NCBI GenBank assembly: GCA_012295275.1
Contig: CM022667.1
Location: 1,364,001-1,428,000 of the forward strand
DNA from: Chrysomallon squamiferum
Taxonomy: Eukaryota; Animalia; Mollusca
Reading direction: 5' to 3'
DNA length: 64,000 nucleotides
The position numbers and the translations under genes are program-made. Positions 40,898-52,441 of the stretch are shown in pieces. The first letter of the stretch is position 1, and each line of letters starts with the position of its first letter. A model generated the notes under the pieces. The model worked only from the letters and a program-made list of their open reading frames with translations, was not told where the DNA came from and did no database searches.

Positions 40898-41189
40898 ATT
40901 CCTCTATTCTAACATTCACATGTACTCATAAGTCGGATGCATCTGCACATTTAGAGCATAAACTAGGAGTAAAGCAGGAGAAACGATTTGCTGTATTTTT
41001 GATTTAACGTCGAGTTGTCTACCTTGGATTATTGTAATTTCATTTCTGACAAGTTCCATGAATAGTATAGTTTATCATATCTGTATCACTCTTTTTTTTT
41101 TAAATTTAAAATTATTTCTATTATTAATTATAATAATAAAATAGATATATACATATTATTTATTTTTATTATTTTTAATATTTATTTTT

Positions 41190-41312
41190 GGAAGTATCCA
41201 GTCCGGAGCAGAGGCCGAGTCGGAAAAATCCCATCGATGAAATTAAAAAGTTGTGCGATGCTGATGTTACATGAAGAAGAAATCATATTAAAGCACATAA
41301 CTAATGCAATAA
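41190..41312 (+). promoter_or_regulatory. USB1 proximal promoter / 5' UTR
   Basis: A short CpG-rich stretch (GTCCGGAGCAGAGGCCGAGTCGGAAA) lies between an AT-rich tract and the ATG. Confidence 0.5.
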
Positions 41313-41530
41313 ATGGATAAAGGCCTAGTTCTGTATTCCGATTCGGATGACGAAGTCGATGAGGTAATTGAAAATGATAATGAAAATGAAATATCGATTA
41401 AACCCGATAATAAAATCCCAAACGAATCAAACGACTACCCGATCAAAATTGAAGAACGGAAACGGAAAATTTGTGATGATGATGAACGTTCAGAGACAGA
41501 CTGCACGTACCAAAAATTAAAAAAGAATCA
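41313..41530 (+). CDS. USB1: U6 snRNA phosphodiesterase USB1, exon 1 (218 nt)
   Basis: Translation MDKGLVLYSDSDDEVDE...KLKKN(Q) shows the LV.YS.S acidic start typical of USB1/Mpn1. The phase-2 donor CA|GTAAGT joins exon 2 in frame. Confidence 0.88.
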
Positions 41531-42141
41531 GTAAGTAAATTTATTCTGCTATAAAGACAATGTTTCATTTTTGGAAGCTTTTTAAATTAGTACTTTATAA
41601 TTTATTTTAATTATTATTAACAGAAATAATATTAATGAATTAATTAGTTTTTAAGTTTTTATTTGGCATATTTGAAACAGTTAAATAAATTAGTATTTCA
41701 ATCAGTATTCATACTGAAGAACAAGACTATTTGCAAAGCAACTGTATAAAAAAATATAATGGGGTAATACTGTATATTTGCATGTTAAAAGCAGTATAAT
41801 ACTGACTGATAAATATTTAACTTATTAAGATTATTATAAATATGTTTTCCCTCAACAAAATACATCCAGATACGGTCTAATTGGTGTCAGTGATAGTCCA
41901 GTTCTGTAAGTGTCAGAGAAAACTTAAAACGAGTATTTCAAAACAGTATTTGAAAAATGGCAGTTATTGTAAGTATATCATGGAGTTAGCCAAATTATTC
42001 TTCTTTAAATAGATCAGTGATTTTTAATATCAAAGTTATGAATTACCTTTCTAGATTAATATATTTGACTTTTTTTGATTTTTTTGAATTTTTTTTTTTT
42101 AAAGTATTGATTTCATTACTTTTCATATATCTTTCCTAAAG

Positions 42142-42287
42142 GTTACCAGTTCCAACAGAAATTCAGGCTTTATACCATGACCAGGAGGAGATCCCTCAGG
42201 TTCATAATGATCCAAACCAACATGAAGGTCGAGTAAGGTCATTTGGACACACGGAGGGCAACTGGGCAACATTTGTTTATGTTCCAT
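42142..42287 (+). CDS. USB1: USB1 exon 2 (146 nt)
   Basis: Acceptor CCTAAAG|, translation LPVPTEIQALYHDQEEIPQVHNDPNQHEGRVRSFGHTEGNWATFVYVP carrying the family motif H.GR.R.F.H..GNWAT.VY, donor T|GTATGT. Confidence 0.96.
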
Positions 42288-42713
42288 GTATGTTTATTTT
42301 ATTATTTTGTTAATAACTGTTGTCTCGTTACAGGTTACATAAATTTTATATGTCCTGTAGCTGACTTTACTATTAATGTTGTTGTTGTTGCTGTTGTTAT
42401 TTACATTTGTATGTTATAAAGGTTATTAGTACTGTTGTCATTGTTGTAATACAAGCTGGTTATTGTACTGTTTAACAATACATAAAACCCAGACAGATAT
42501 TTGGATTTTTCATCCCTTCTTTTTATTAAAAATGTTTCTTCTTCTTCATCTTCTTCTTCTTAATAACAACAATAATAATAAGAAGAAGAAGAAGAAGAAA
42601 CATTTTCAATAATAAGAAGAAATGAAAAATTCCTCTCTGCTTCCAAATTATATGATTTCTTGTTAGTAATTTCTTACAACTTTCTTTTGAAAATTAAAAT
42701 CTTAACTTTTCAG

Positions 42714-42891
42714 ATCCAGCAGATTCACGAGTTAGATCATTCATTAACAAACTGCTGGCATGTCTGCAGCCAATAAAATTCCAGTGTATGGATAACCTTC
42801 ACATGACCTTGTCACGTACAGTGGTCATACGACATCACTGGATACAACCATTAATGGATTCCATTAAAGAAAAATTTCAAACTCTGGAAAG
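42714..42891 (+). CDS. USB1: USB1 exon 3 (178 nt; first 2H motif)
   Basis: Acceptor TTTTCAG|, translation (Y)PADSRVRSFINKLLACLQPIKFQCMDNLHMTLSRTVVIRHHWIQPLMDSIKEKFQTLE with the HxT motif HMTL and RHHWI, donor AG|GTAATG. Confidence 0.96.
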
Positions 42892-42927
42892 GTAATGAGA
42901 AAAACTGAATAAATAGAACAAATATAA

Positions 42928-42973
<46 letters not shown>

Positions 42974-43468
42974 TTTTATTTTTGTAAATTTTATTTCTAA
43001 AAAAATATTTTTAAACTTATAGTCAGTGTATATTTAAAATATTTTCTTGTCTTAAACTATTAATTAATTATTTGTTTTAATTGAATGATAATATAAATTG
43101 AAATAATAACAACAAACATTTTCAATTTTACAAATGTACAAGCCTTTGAAGTTTATGGGAATCCATAATCATACTGATATTAATATTAAGTGTCAGGCAT
43201 TTTAGACTTGTATTTTTATGGCCAGCAGATGCCATTATTTTGGGAGTATTTGGCTTAATATATTTTTACAAAAAGAAAAAAGAAAGAAAGAAATATGTAA
43301 TAAGGTTATTTATGGATAAAGAATATAGAATTATTAAGTATTCAATTTAATATAGGTAAAAATAGTTATTTTTAATATTCATGATTTAGGATTTTTGTAA
43401 TATTTGTGAATTTGCCATTATTTTCTCTGTGTGAGTATACATTTTTTTTTTTTTTGTTTTTTTTGCAG

Positions 43469-43522
43469 CTGCATTTGTGACATTGTTTCTTTGAAATTGT
43501 TTTGCAATGATGAAAAGACAAG
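43469..43522 (+). CDS. USB1: USB1 exon 4 (54 nt)
   Basis: Acceptor TTTTGCAG|, translation (S)CICDIVSLKLFCNDEKT(R), donor AG|GTATGA. The conserved N.EKTRTF spans the next junction. Confidence 0.94.
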
Positions 43523-43729
43523 GTATGATTATAACAAAGACATTTTAGAAATAATTTATTATGAGACTGTTAACTTTTAATATTTGTGATATAATATTAG
43601 AATCTTCTACACTGTGAAAATCTTAAGATTTTAAACAAAGTGGCTGTATTTTTAAGGTCTATATTTAAATGCTTTTTATATACAGTTTTTAATCTTAACA
43701 AGTTTTGTTTTTTTTCTTCTCTTTCAAAG

Positions 43730-43835
43730 AACATTTTTGAGTTTAGAAGTTTCTGACGACAACTCAAATTTACACGAATACATTGCAGCTGTAGACAAGA
43801 GTTTTAAAGATTTCAGGCTGGCTCCGTATTACAAG
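43730..43835 (+). CDS. USB1: USB1 exon 5 (106 nt)
   Basis: Acceptor CTTTCAAAG|, translation TFLSLEVSDDNSNLHEYIAAVDKSFKDFRLAPYYK, donor AAG|GTTTGT. Confidence 0.94.
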
Positions 43836-44429
43836 GTTTGTGTTAATTTTTAACTACAAATAAATATACTGCTTTATTCACACCTGTTGCACTTTCAATT
43901 CACCCTCCTTTAAGTCAGGTGATAAAACCAAATTCAGTGCAAAACAAGGAACATTACACCCAGACAGTGGTAAACAATAGTAAACATTATGCTACCTGTT
44001 ATCTATTGGAAAAAAAGTGGCTGAATTTCATTCATCTTCATACATTCCAAGATGGATGCTCCTGTGGAAGCAAATATGCAAAATGCAGGCAGTAATAGAT
44101 TATTATTTTTCATGATGTTTTTTATAATGATGATAAAATTGGAAAAAATGATGTCAGACTGAGTACAAATGCTTTTAATGCTCACAAAAACACACAAGTA
44201 TGGCTGACGTGCAGTATTGCATTTGTGTGGCTGATGAACCATTGAGCACTGTGTTTGTTTTTGAAAAGGGAGGTCACTCTGGCCATTCATTGTTCAGTAA
44301 CTGTTCTGTCTTGCTTATTGCATGCTGAAACTGCTTTCAATGATACAAATAGTCATTTATTTATTTATTTATTTACTGTTGTCATTGTTGTTGTTGTTGT
44401 TGTTTCTAATATTATTTTTTTTATTGTAG

Positions 44430-44513
44430 AACCCTTCGTTTCACATCAGCGTTGCTTGGTGTCTGGGAGATGTCACTGCCAATGTTACTTCTAAGACAAA
44501 GACTCAAATGCAG
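44430..44513 (+). CDS. USB1: USB1 exon 6 (84 nt; second 2H motif)
   Basis: Acceptor ATTGTAG|, translation NPSFHISVAWCLGDVTANVTSKTKTQMQ with the motif PSFHxSxAW, donor CAG|GTAAAC. Confidence 0.96.
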
Positions 44514-44634
44514 GTAAACAACTCATGATGCAAAACAAATGAAAAAAAGTAATTTTCATATTTTTAGGTTTTTTATTGTGAAATGAAGACTAGAATTTAA
44601 GAAATTGATTTTTTTTTCTGTGTTTTTATTTTAC

Positions 44635-44855
44635 TCTACTTTTCTGATATACTTTATTTCATATAATTTTTTCTGATGCTTTTAATTTCATAGTATTTTT
44701 CCAATGATTTTAATTTCATTTTATTTTTCTGATTCTATTAAATTTTAATTATTTTTCAGATTTTTAAAATTTAAAATTATTTTTCAGATTTTTTAAAATT
44801 TTAAATTATTTTTCTGATTTGTTTTTGATCTTTAATTATTTTTTTCTATATTTCT
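44635..44855. repeat. Degenerate minisatellite of about 29 bp in USB1 intron 6
   Basis: The unit TTTTCTGAT...TTTAATTTCAT/AAATTATT recurs about 7 times. Confidence 0.7.
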
Positions 44856-45342
44856 CAACATTCTGTAGGTTAAAAGGCTTTTAATTCTGTTACATAATTT
44901 AGTCTTCTACAAAAATCAGTATTATGTTGCTTTTTCTGAAGATTGTAAGCTAAATATGCATTAATAAAGAGTTGTCTACCTTTGTTTCTCTCATCTTAGA
45001 CAAAAAGTAATTAACTAGTATTAATGTTATTCAAACCAAAAAAACAGTTAATGTATGAAGTTATTAAGATTTATTTTACATATAAGTAAGGGTAGTTGTA
45101 TGAGAAAATAATGTTTTATACTTGTTACTTGAATGTATTGTCATGCATGTCTGTAGATTAAAAAAGCATATTGGATATTACTTCTTTGTTTTCAGTTTAT
45201 TTATTTATTTATTTATATATTTTAAATTTATAAATTTAAAAAAATATATAATCTAATTTTCTTTTATTATTTTTTTTTTTAGAAATGACACTGTTGTGTT
45301 GAATGTTGAATTAATTGCTGAAACAGTTATTGTATGGCAATT

Positions 45343-45375
<33 letters not shown>

Positions 45376-45394
45376 GTGTGTGTGTGTGTGTGTC

Positions 45395-45443
<49 letters not shown>

Positions 45444-45531
45444 TTCATTTTTATATATATATAATTTTTTTTTAAATCACACTATCATTTCATGCTAAAT
45501 TATTTACAGACATGTTGCTGTTTTGTTGTAG

Positions 45532-45645
45532 GAAATTCTTCAGAAGTACATGGAAGAGAACCCTGACCTCAGTGTACTGGAAGTGAGTCAGGTAGAGTGC
45601 AAAACAGGAAACAAAGTGTTCACATTCAAAGTGGACAACAAATAA
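45532..45645 (+). CDS. USB1: USB1 exon 7 (terminal coding exon, 114 nt including TAA)
   Basis: Acceptor GTTGTAG|, translation EILQKYMEENPDLSVLEVSQVECKTGNKVFTFKVDNK* with the C-terminal V.CK.GNK.F motif. Total CDS is 900 nt, 299 aa plus stop. Confidence 0.94.
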   Translation, partial: EILQKYMEENPDLSVLEVSQVECKTGNKVFTFKVDNK

Positions 45646-46575
45646 CAGAACACAAAGATGAAGTCCCCCAAAACGTTAACACTGAAAGAATATTCCAAGG
45701 ACAAATTGTATTTTTGAAATTTAAAAAAAATAAAAGGTAAATTATAATGTACCATAGTTTATGGTAATAAATAATTGGTATGCTAAGATAACAATTGGCA
45801 ACAGCCACAACAGCGATGTGGTTGCTGTGGATCATTGCAGTGGTTGATGATGTAAAACAACTGAAGATTTTGGAACCGTGTAAATAATTCAGTTACTAAT
45901 GCTCATTCCTCAAGAATTTCATTAACAAAAATCACAATATTTAAAAACAAGCTTTAGTAGATTATAAATTGTCATTTTGATTCAGGCATTATTAAATCCA
46001 TATTATTATGAAAATTATGATGGCCAAAAAAACAAAAACAAGAAAGGAATAACATGTTTCCAACATGAAACTCTAAGAGAAGAAAAATCTAATATAATAT
46101 CCATTTGAAATGGATGGTTTGAAAAAAAACAGCAATAATAATCAACTGTTTATCAGGAATAAGAGTACACAATGTATTGAGTTTATTTTTTTATTTTTTT
46201 TTATAAGCAACTAATTTAAAATTAATTTAAAAAAAAGAATTTTAAATAAAAATTAATCCTTATTCACAAGCTGAGAAAATTGAGACGTTTTACCTACAGA
46301 ATTGTTTTTTAAAAATATTATAATAATGATTTTAGACAAATGTATAATGTTATGAATTTATTTATAATTTGCCTAACAGTATTACTTATTGATTAACATG
46401 AAAGCAGCTGGTACTCTGTTTGTGGGGGGGGGAAAAATCTCATTAGGTTCACAAAACGGTGTTGGTATAAAGAGCAGACACAGAAATGTGAAAAACTGTT
46501 GATATAAACAACACATAAGATATTCCTTTAATTGTCTTCCTTGACTGGTATGTTTATTTGCTTTTATTATTATTA

Positions 46576-46626
<51 letters not shown>

Positions 46627-46732
46627 TTTTTTATTATTATTATTATTATTTTTTTTTTTTTTTTTTTTTAAATTATTTTATTATTTTTTTTTTTATTTTT
46701 TTTGGTTGATATTTTTAATAATAATAAACTTT

Positions 46733-47145
46733 AATTATTTTTAAAATGGAGTTAAGTTTATTTATTTGTAATGTATTTTGTTTTAAAATAAAATCCACTT
46801 CATCTGATATACAAGTCATTTATATTATTGTCAGAAACTAATAATAAATTATAATTATTTTCAAAATGGAGTTAAGTATGTTTACTTATTCATGTACATT
46901 ATTGTTTTTTTGTTTTTTTTAAAATAACCTCCATAAACATCTGATAAACAAATCATTTATATCATTTGTTTAAAACAGAGATCCAATTTATATTAATAAT
47001 AATAAACTAAAATGTTATTTTAAGATGGAGTCAAATTTTTTTTATTTACAATTTATTTATGTTATTATTATCATTATTATTATTATTATTTTTATTATTA
47101 TTATTTTATTATTATTACTGTTATTATTACTATTATTATTATTAC

Positions 47146-47199
<54 letters not shown>

Positions 47200-47215
47200 T
47201 ACTATTATTATTATT

Positions 47216-47254
<39 letters not shown>

Positions 47255-47290
47255 GTTATTATTATCATTATTTTACTATTATTATTTTAC

Positions 47291-47321
<31 letters not shown>

Positions 47322-47381
47322 ATTATCATTATTTTATTATTATTATTATTTTACTATTATTAATATTATCATTATTTTATT

Positions 47382-47453
<72 letters not shown>

Positions 47454-47515
47454 TTAAATGTAAAACCACTACATCTGATATACTAAGTCATTTATTTTTC
47501 TTGTTTGAAACTGAG
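46733..47515. repeat. Tandem triplication of a 120-155 bp unit, with copy 3 split by about 400 bp of (TTA)n
   Basis: AAATGGAGTTAA-like starts occur at about 46743, 46863 and 47022. CATCTGATA.AC.A.TCATTTAT ends occur at about 46801, 46938 and 47472. Confidence 0.8.
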
Positions 47516-47574
47516 TCAGTGAAGTCTGATTCTCCCATCCATTGTTTGTCAGATGTTTGTATAAATTATTTTTA

Positions 47575-47745
47575 CAGCTGAGAATTCTTTATCCAAAATG
47601 CTTGGCACTTGAAGTGTTTCTGATTTCAGGATTTTTAAAATATGTTTTTGAAATATAAGGAGACATCCTGAGGAGAGGATCTAAGCCTAAACACAATTTC
47701 CATTTATATTTCATGTACAGATTATACAAATAGTCTGCAGTAATA
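47575..47745 (+). mobile_element. One-ended Tigger/pogo transposon fragment resembling Tigger4 (Zombi/MER46)
   Basis: It begins TA|CAGCTGAGAATTCTTTATCCAAAATGCTTGGCACTTGAAGTGTTTCTGATTTCAGGATTTTT and continues AAGCCTAAACACAATTTCCATTTATATTTCATGTACA. This is collinear with the Tigger4 terminal consensus as I recall it, not database-verified. No partner TIR was seen. Confidence 0.6.
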
Positions 47746-47904
47746 CAAAAGTGCAGAAGTATATTTGATTCTTGTCTTTGCTATTTGTATGTAATGCAAA
47801 ATGTGTTTTGTTAGTGAAAATATATATGAAAGACTGAGTTTCAGAGAAACATTTAACAGTAAATAAATTTGCTGCACAATGTCTTAAACATTAAAGGTCA
47901 CCTT

Positions 47905-48042
47905 TTGGCCAGTTTCTCATTCCAGTCCTCCCTATGACTTGTTTACCAGAGGTCATGGTATGTGTGCTTTTGTGTCTGTGCATTTGCACGTAAAAGATCC
48001 CTTGCTGTGAAATGAAAAAAGAAGCCAAAAAAGGGTTTCCAC
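47905..48042 (+). mobile_element. Degenerate SINE fragment with Meta (MESC)-like central domain
   Basis: Reads TTTCTCATTCCAG...GACTTGTTTACCAGAGGTCATGGTATGTG...TGTCTGTG...GCACGTAAAAGATCCCTTGCTG...GGGTTTCC, sharing blocks with the 8160-8275 copy. Confidence 0.65.
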
Positions 48043-48224
48043 ACTGTATTTGTCCATGAATTAATAGTTCTGTTTTATAAAGATCTGAATAGTGTAAAAA
48101 AAAATGGTTTAAAAAAAAAAAATAGTTCTTTGTGCTTTCAAGTTATTATTTTGTTGTTTCACTGAATTAATACTGTTATAAAGATCTGAATACCATCATT
48201 ATACCCTTTCACAACTAGAGTTGT

Positions 48225-48571
48225 GATGTCATTGCTTACATGGCACATTGACATCATTCCTATGCGGCACAGTGATGACATACATGACACAGTAACTTCA
48301 TCACATACATGTCAGTGATGCCAGTGCATATATAGCATAATGATACCATAACATGCATGGCATATTGACACTATATCCATGGAAAAGTAAAGTAATTGCA
48401 TACATGGCATAGTGACATACATGGCATAGTGACATCATCACATGTGGCATGGTGACATCGCATACATGGCATAGTGACATCATCACATTCATGGCATGGT
48501 GACATCATTACATACATGGCATGGTGACATCATTACATACATGGCATGGTGACATCATTACATACATGGCA
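48225..48571. repeat. Minisatellite, 20-25 bp unit CATACATGGCAT(A/G)GTGACAT(CATTA)
   Basis: Near-perfect 25-bp copies lie at about 48490-48570 and are progressively more degenerate leftward. Confidence 0.9.
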
Positions 48572-49226
48572 GCTAATTGAAATCTATCTGTCCTATACTT
48601 AATAATGGTACAACTACAGAACAATAGTGGCACACAGATATTTTTAAAACTGTATTTTTTGTGCTGACATACTTCATTATTAATAAAGACTGGGCACCCA
48701 AAATACTAATACAGTATAACTCAGAAGCATGCAAAATATATTTAGACTATTTCCTTTTATCACCAAACATACACTTTAAAAAAAAAAAAAAAAAACATTC
48801 ATTGGCTCTGTCAGATTTATTTGAACTTATCTATGTTTGAATTATTAAAACCACTCCATTTTTGTATCTGCAAACTGACTTTAAAACTGTATCATAAAAT
48901 GGACGTCAAGCAGTAAGTATACACATACTTATCAGCCACGCCTAAAACCATTAAAGATATATTTGGCATTTTCAGCTTAGCATTTCCTTTCAGCAAGTTT
49001 AGTTATTGTTTCAGTTTAATGATTATGACTTTGGCCTTGTAGAGTTGATGGTCCCATAACACACTTTTTTTTTTTTTCATTACCGTATTATGAATAATAA
49101 TAATATGTGTGTAGTTAGCACACAGTGCTGTTTCATTCTGGCACAAAACAGTTGAAAATTTTCATGAAGGCAAGTACTTTTGTTGTTTTTTTAATTATAA
49201 GTGAAGGAGAAGATTGTTTTATTTAC

Positions 49227-49269
<43 letters not shown>

Positions 49270-49379
49270 TCTAAATGTCAATAATGGTTTGTAAGTTACT
49301 TGAATACAATATTGATTTTTTTATTATTAATATGTTTATCAGAGATACAACCATGAATGGATAGTTGGGTAAATCAATG

Positions 49380-49443
49380 AGATATACACACACACACACA
49401 TACGTATGTACATATATACATACACACATACATACATACATAA

Positions 49444-49486
<43 letters not shown>

Positions 49487-49618
49487 CATACCTACATACA
49501 TATAAACATACATATATACATATATACACACATCCATATATACATGCATATACATACATGCAAACATATAAGCACACTATACACAAGTGCATGCATGCAC
49601 ACAAACACGTTTATATGT

Positions 49619-49651
<33 letters not shown>

Positions 49652-49705
49652 CGTATATATCTATATATGTATATGTGTGTATATATATATATCTATATAT
49701 AAAAC
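49380..49705. repeat. Mixed (CA)/(TACA)/(TA) low-complexity tract
   Basis: Read directly from the sequence. Confidence 0.9.
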
Positions 49706-50449
49706 ATACTTACTAATACATGACAATTGTATAAATAAACATCACTCACACTTCAAAACGACCAAACAACAACAACATGTTTTTCATTCACCTCCACAGC
49801 ACATTCACACAGGTGAAGCAAGGTGTGTCTTTTCATGTGATAGGTGATAACGATGTTTATTTTCACTAGTTGACTGAAAAACCAATAAACCTGCCACTTT
49901 TTTGTATCCTTTTTCTTTTCACATTATTTTTTTTTTTTATCTCATCATCTTTGTTTTCTCATTGCACTTGCTAATACAGCTCAAGTAAACTTTTTCTTAT
50001 TTACGTAAACTTTAAAAAATTTTTATTTTTATCACTGTTTACACTGACATTCACCAACTCAAATATTAATGATAATTTTTTTTTGGTTTGTTCATATCTG
50101 ACATTTTTAGTTTAGAATTAGAAATTTATTGACCAAAATATGCTGTAAATATTTTGATAAATATATATAAAAAAATAAAATGTTTAATGATTGTTCACAC
50201 TGATGTCAAGTATTTTTGAGAATATTTTTTTTTTCGTTTCTGTTATTTTCATCTTTATACACAGTAATTTATTGACTGAAATTTAATGATGTTTGAAAAA
50301 AAAAGGTAAATATTTGTGCAGCATATGTAGATTCTTAATATGGTGGCAGGTTTTTTAAATTTATTTATTTATAATATTTCTTTAATAATTTATATATTCA
50401 GGAATGGATGATTAGATGAAAGTTTGTTTTATATCATCCCACTTCATTA

Positions 50450-50732
50450 TTTTTGTATATTAATAGATACATAGCTTGTTTTATGAAAAAATGTTTTAAT
50501 ATAGACCTTTTTTAAAAAAACACGTAATTATAGTAATAAAAATAAATGAACTGACAAAATTCTTATTTATTTCCAAGTTGTTATTTTATGTATTTTGTTT
50601 ATTAATAGATAAATAGTTTGTTTTATGTAGACATGTTTTCATTAAGACTTTTAAAAAAAAAAAAAAAAACGTAATTAGAGTAATAAAAATAAATGGACAA
50701 ACAAAATTATTTTTTACTTCCAAATTATTAGT
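50450..50732. repeat. Tandem duplication, period about 142 bp
   Basis: TAATAGATA.ATAG.TTGTTTTATG ... ACGTAATTA.AGTAATAAAAATAAATG ... ACAAAATT occurs from 50461 and again from 50603. Confidence 0.85.
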
Positions 50733-51509
50733 CTATGGCTTTGGATGGTCTACCAGTAATCATAACAAAGTATGACAAGAAAATAATACTGTTTATGAAA
50801 TATCTGAACTGCCATTTTTGTCACTTAACAAATGGAGTCGTGACATCATCACATGCACAATGAACGTATAGATCTAATAACAACAGAAGAAATGTTAGAG
50901 CAGAGGTTTTCAAACTTTCTTCTAACTGTACCAGTTGGAGAAAATCTTTGGTTGATGTTTGCTAGTTTCCACACAATCACTGCAGTGCAGCTTCAGCTTG
51001 GTCAGATTGTATGTGGGTGAAATGTGCACAGGACTTTAACTGGATAAAATACAATGCATGATTTAAAAAAATAAATAAATAAATAAAAAAGGAAAGGAAA
51101 TAAATGTTTTGGTGCAGTTTTTGAGGGCTGAATGAGGATGATTATCATTCTTTAAGTGGTGTTCAGTACAAATAATTTTTTTACCTTTGTGTCTACCATT
51201 ACTGAATTTTGCTTGTGAACCTTCAGGAATATGCCACAGTTTGAAAACTTCTGCTTAAGAATGAATCAGTGATGTCACATTTACATAAATGTGTACTCTT
51301 TAAACTGAACTCTTCTGTTTTTATACTTTATTATTAGTTAAAATTGGACAGTAAGAAAAAACAAAAAACCCATAAAAAAGACAACATCAAAAGAACAAAA
51401 CAAGACTTAGAAGTATGCAGAATATATTTATACTTAATATCACAAATAACATTAAATATTTCTTCATTTTCTTCTTCTTCTTCCTCCTCTTATTATTATC
51501 ATCATCATT

Positions 51510-51550
<41 letters not shown>

Positions 51551-52372
51551 TATTATTATTATTTAAAATAATAGTAAAGGTTAAAAACAATATTTATCTT
51601 TAATAAACTGTAACAAAAACGTTACATTTAAACATATTATTACAAACCATCTGTCACTATTAAGCTGCAAGCATTACTTGCATATACGAAACTATAAAAA
51701 AAAAAAAAAAAAAACCAACAACCAAAAAAATCAAAAAAAATGAAAAATGCATCTGTTCACTGATGGCATAAAAACACAACAATGCTCTATTATCAGATGG
51801 TGTCATCATATCCCATTAGACAGAATAATGATGTATGCGTTTCGTTCAACGTAATAAATACGCACAGTATATTACATCATGGATTTGATTTACTAACAAA
51901 GGCACAGTTAAAAACGGAAGTTCATTTGCAAAATTATTGTTACCATTCAGCACTTTGCTAGATAAATATTTGATAATTAATTGTTGGAGTCACAGAGCAT
52001 CATCGTTTTACAGGTCAAAAAGTAATTGAACTGTTTTTTTTAATATTATATTCAAAGTGATTTTTAGCTTCATAATTACATTTTTCTGTCGATGTATGTA
52101 ATATGAGTTGACATAATTGTGATTGTATTTTATCAGTCTGTTATTTAAATTTTTACATTATTATTACTATTAATATTATTGCTATTATTATTTTTGCTAT
52201 GGTTATTATAACTGTTATTGTTGTTGTTGTTTTTATTATTGTTATTATTGTGGTTGTTATTTGTTGTTGTTGGTGTCATTGTTCTTCTTTTCAATATTAT
52301 AGTAGAAGTATGATTATTATTATTATTTTGTTTTTGTATTTTATTTTATTTACAATCAGTTTTTATAAAAGA

Positions 52373-52441
<69 letters not shown>

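Noticed and set aside
45729-45771. AATAAA hexamers after the USB1 stop codon
   Set aside because: AATAAA is ubiquitous in this AT-rich DNA, so the true poly(A) site cannot be assigned without transcript data.
50900-50920. CAGAGGTTTTCAAACT resembling a hAT/Charlie TIR, with a similar CAGTGGTTTTTGAACT near 34968
   Set aside because: No partner TIR or 8-bp target duplication was found, and the match is too short to call.
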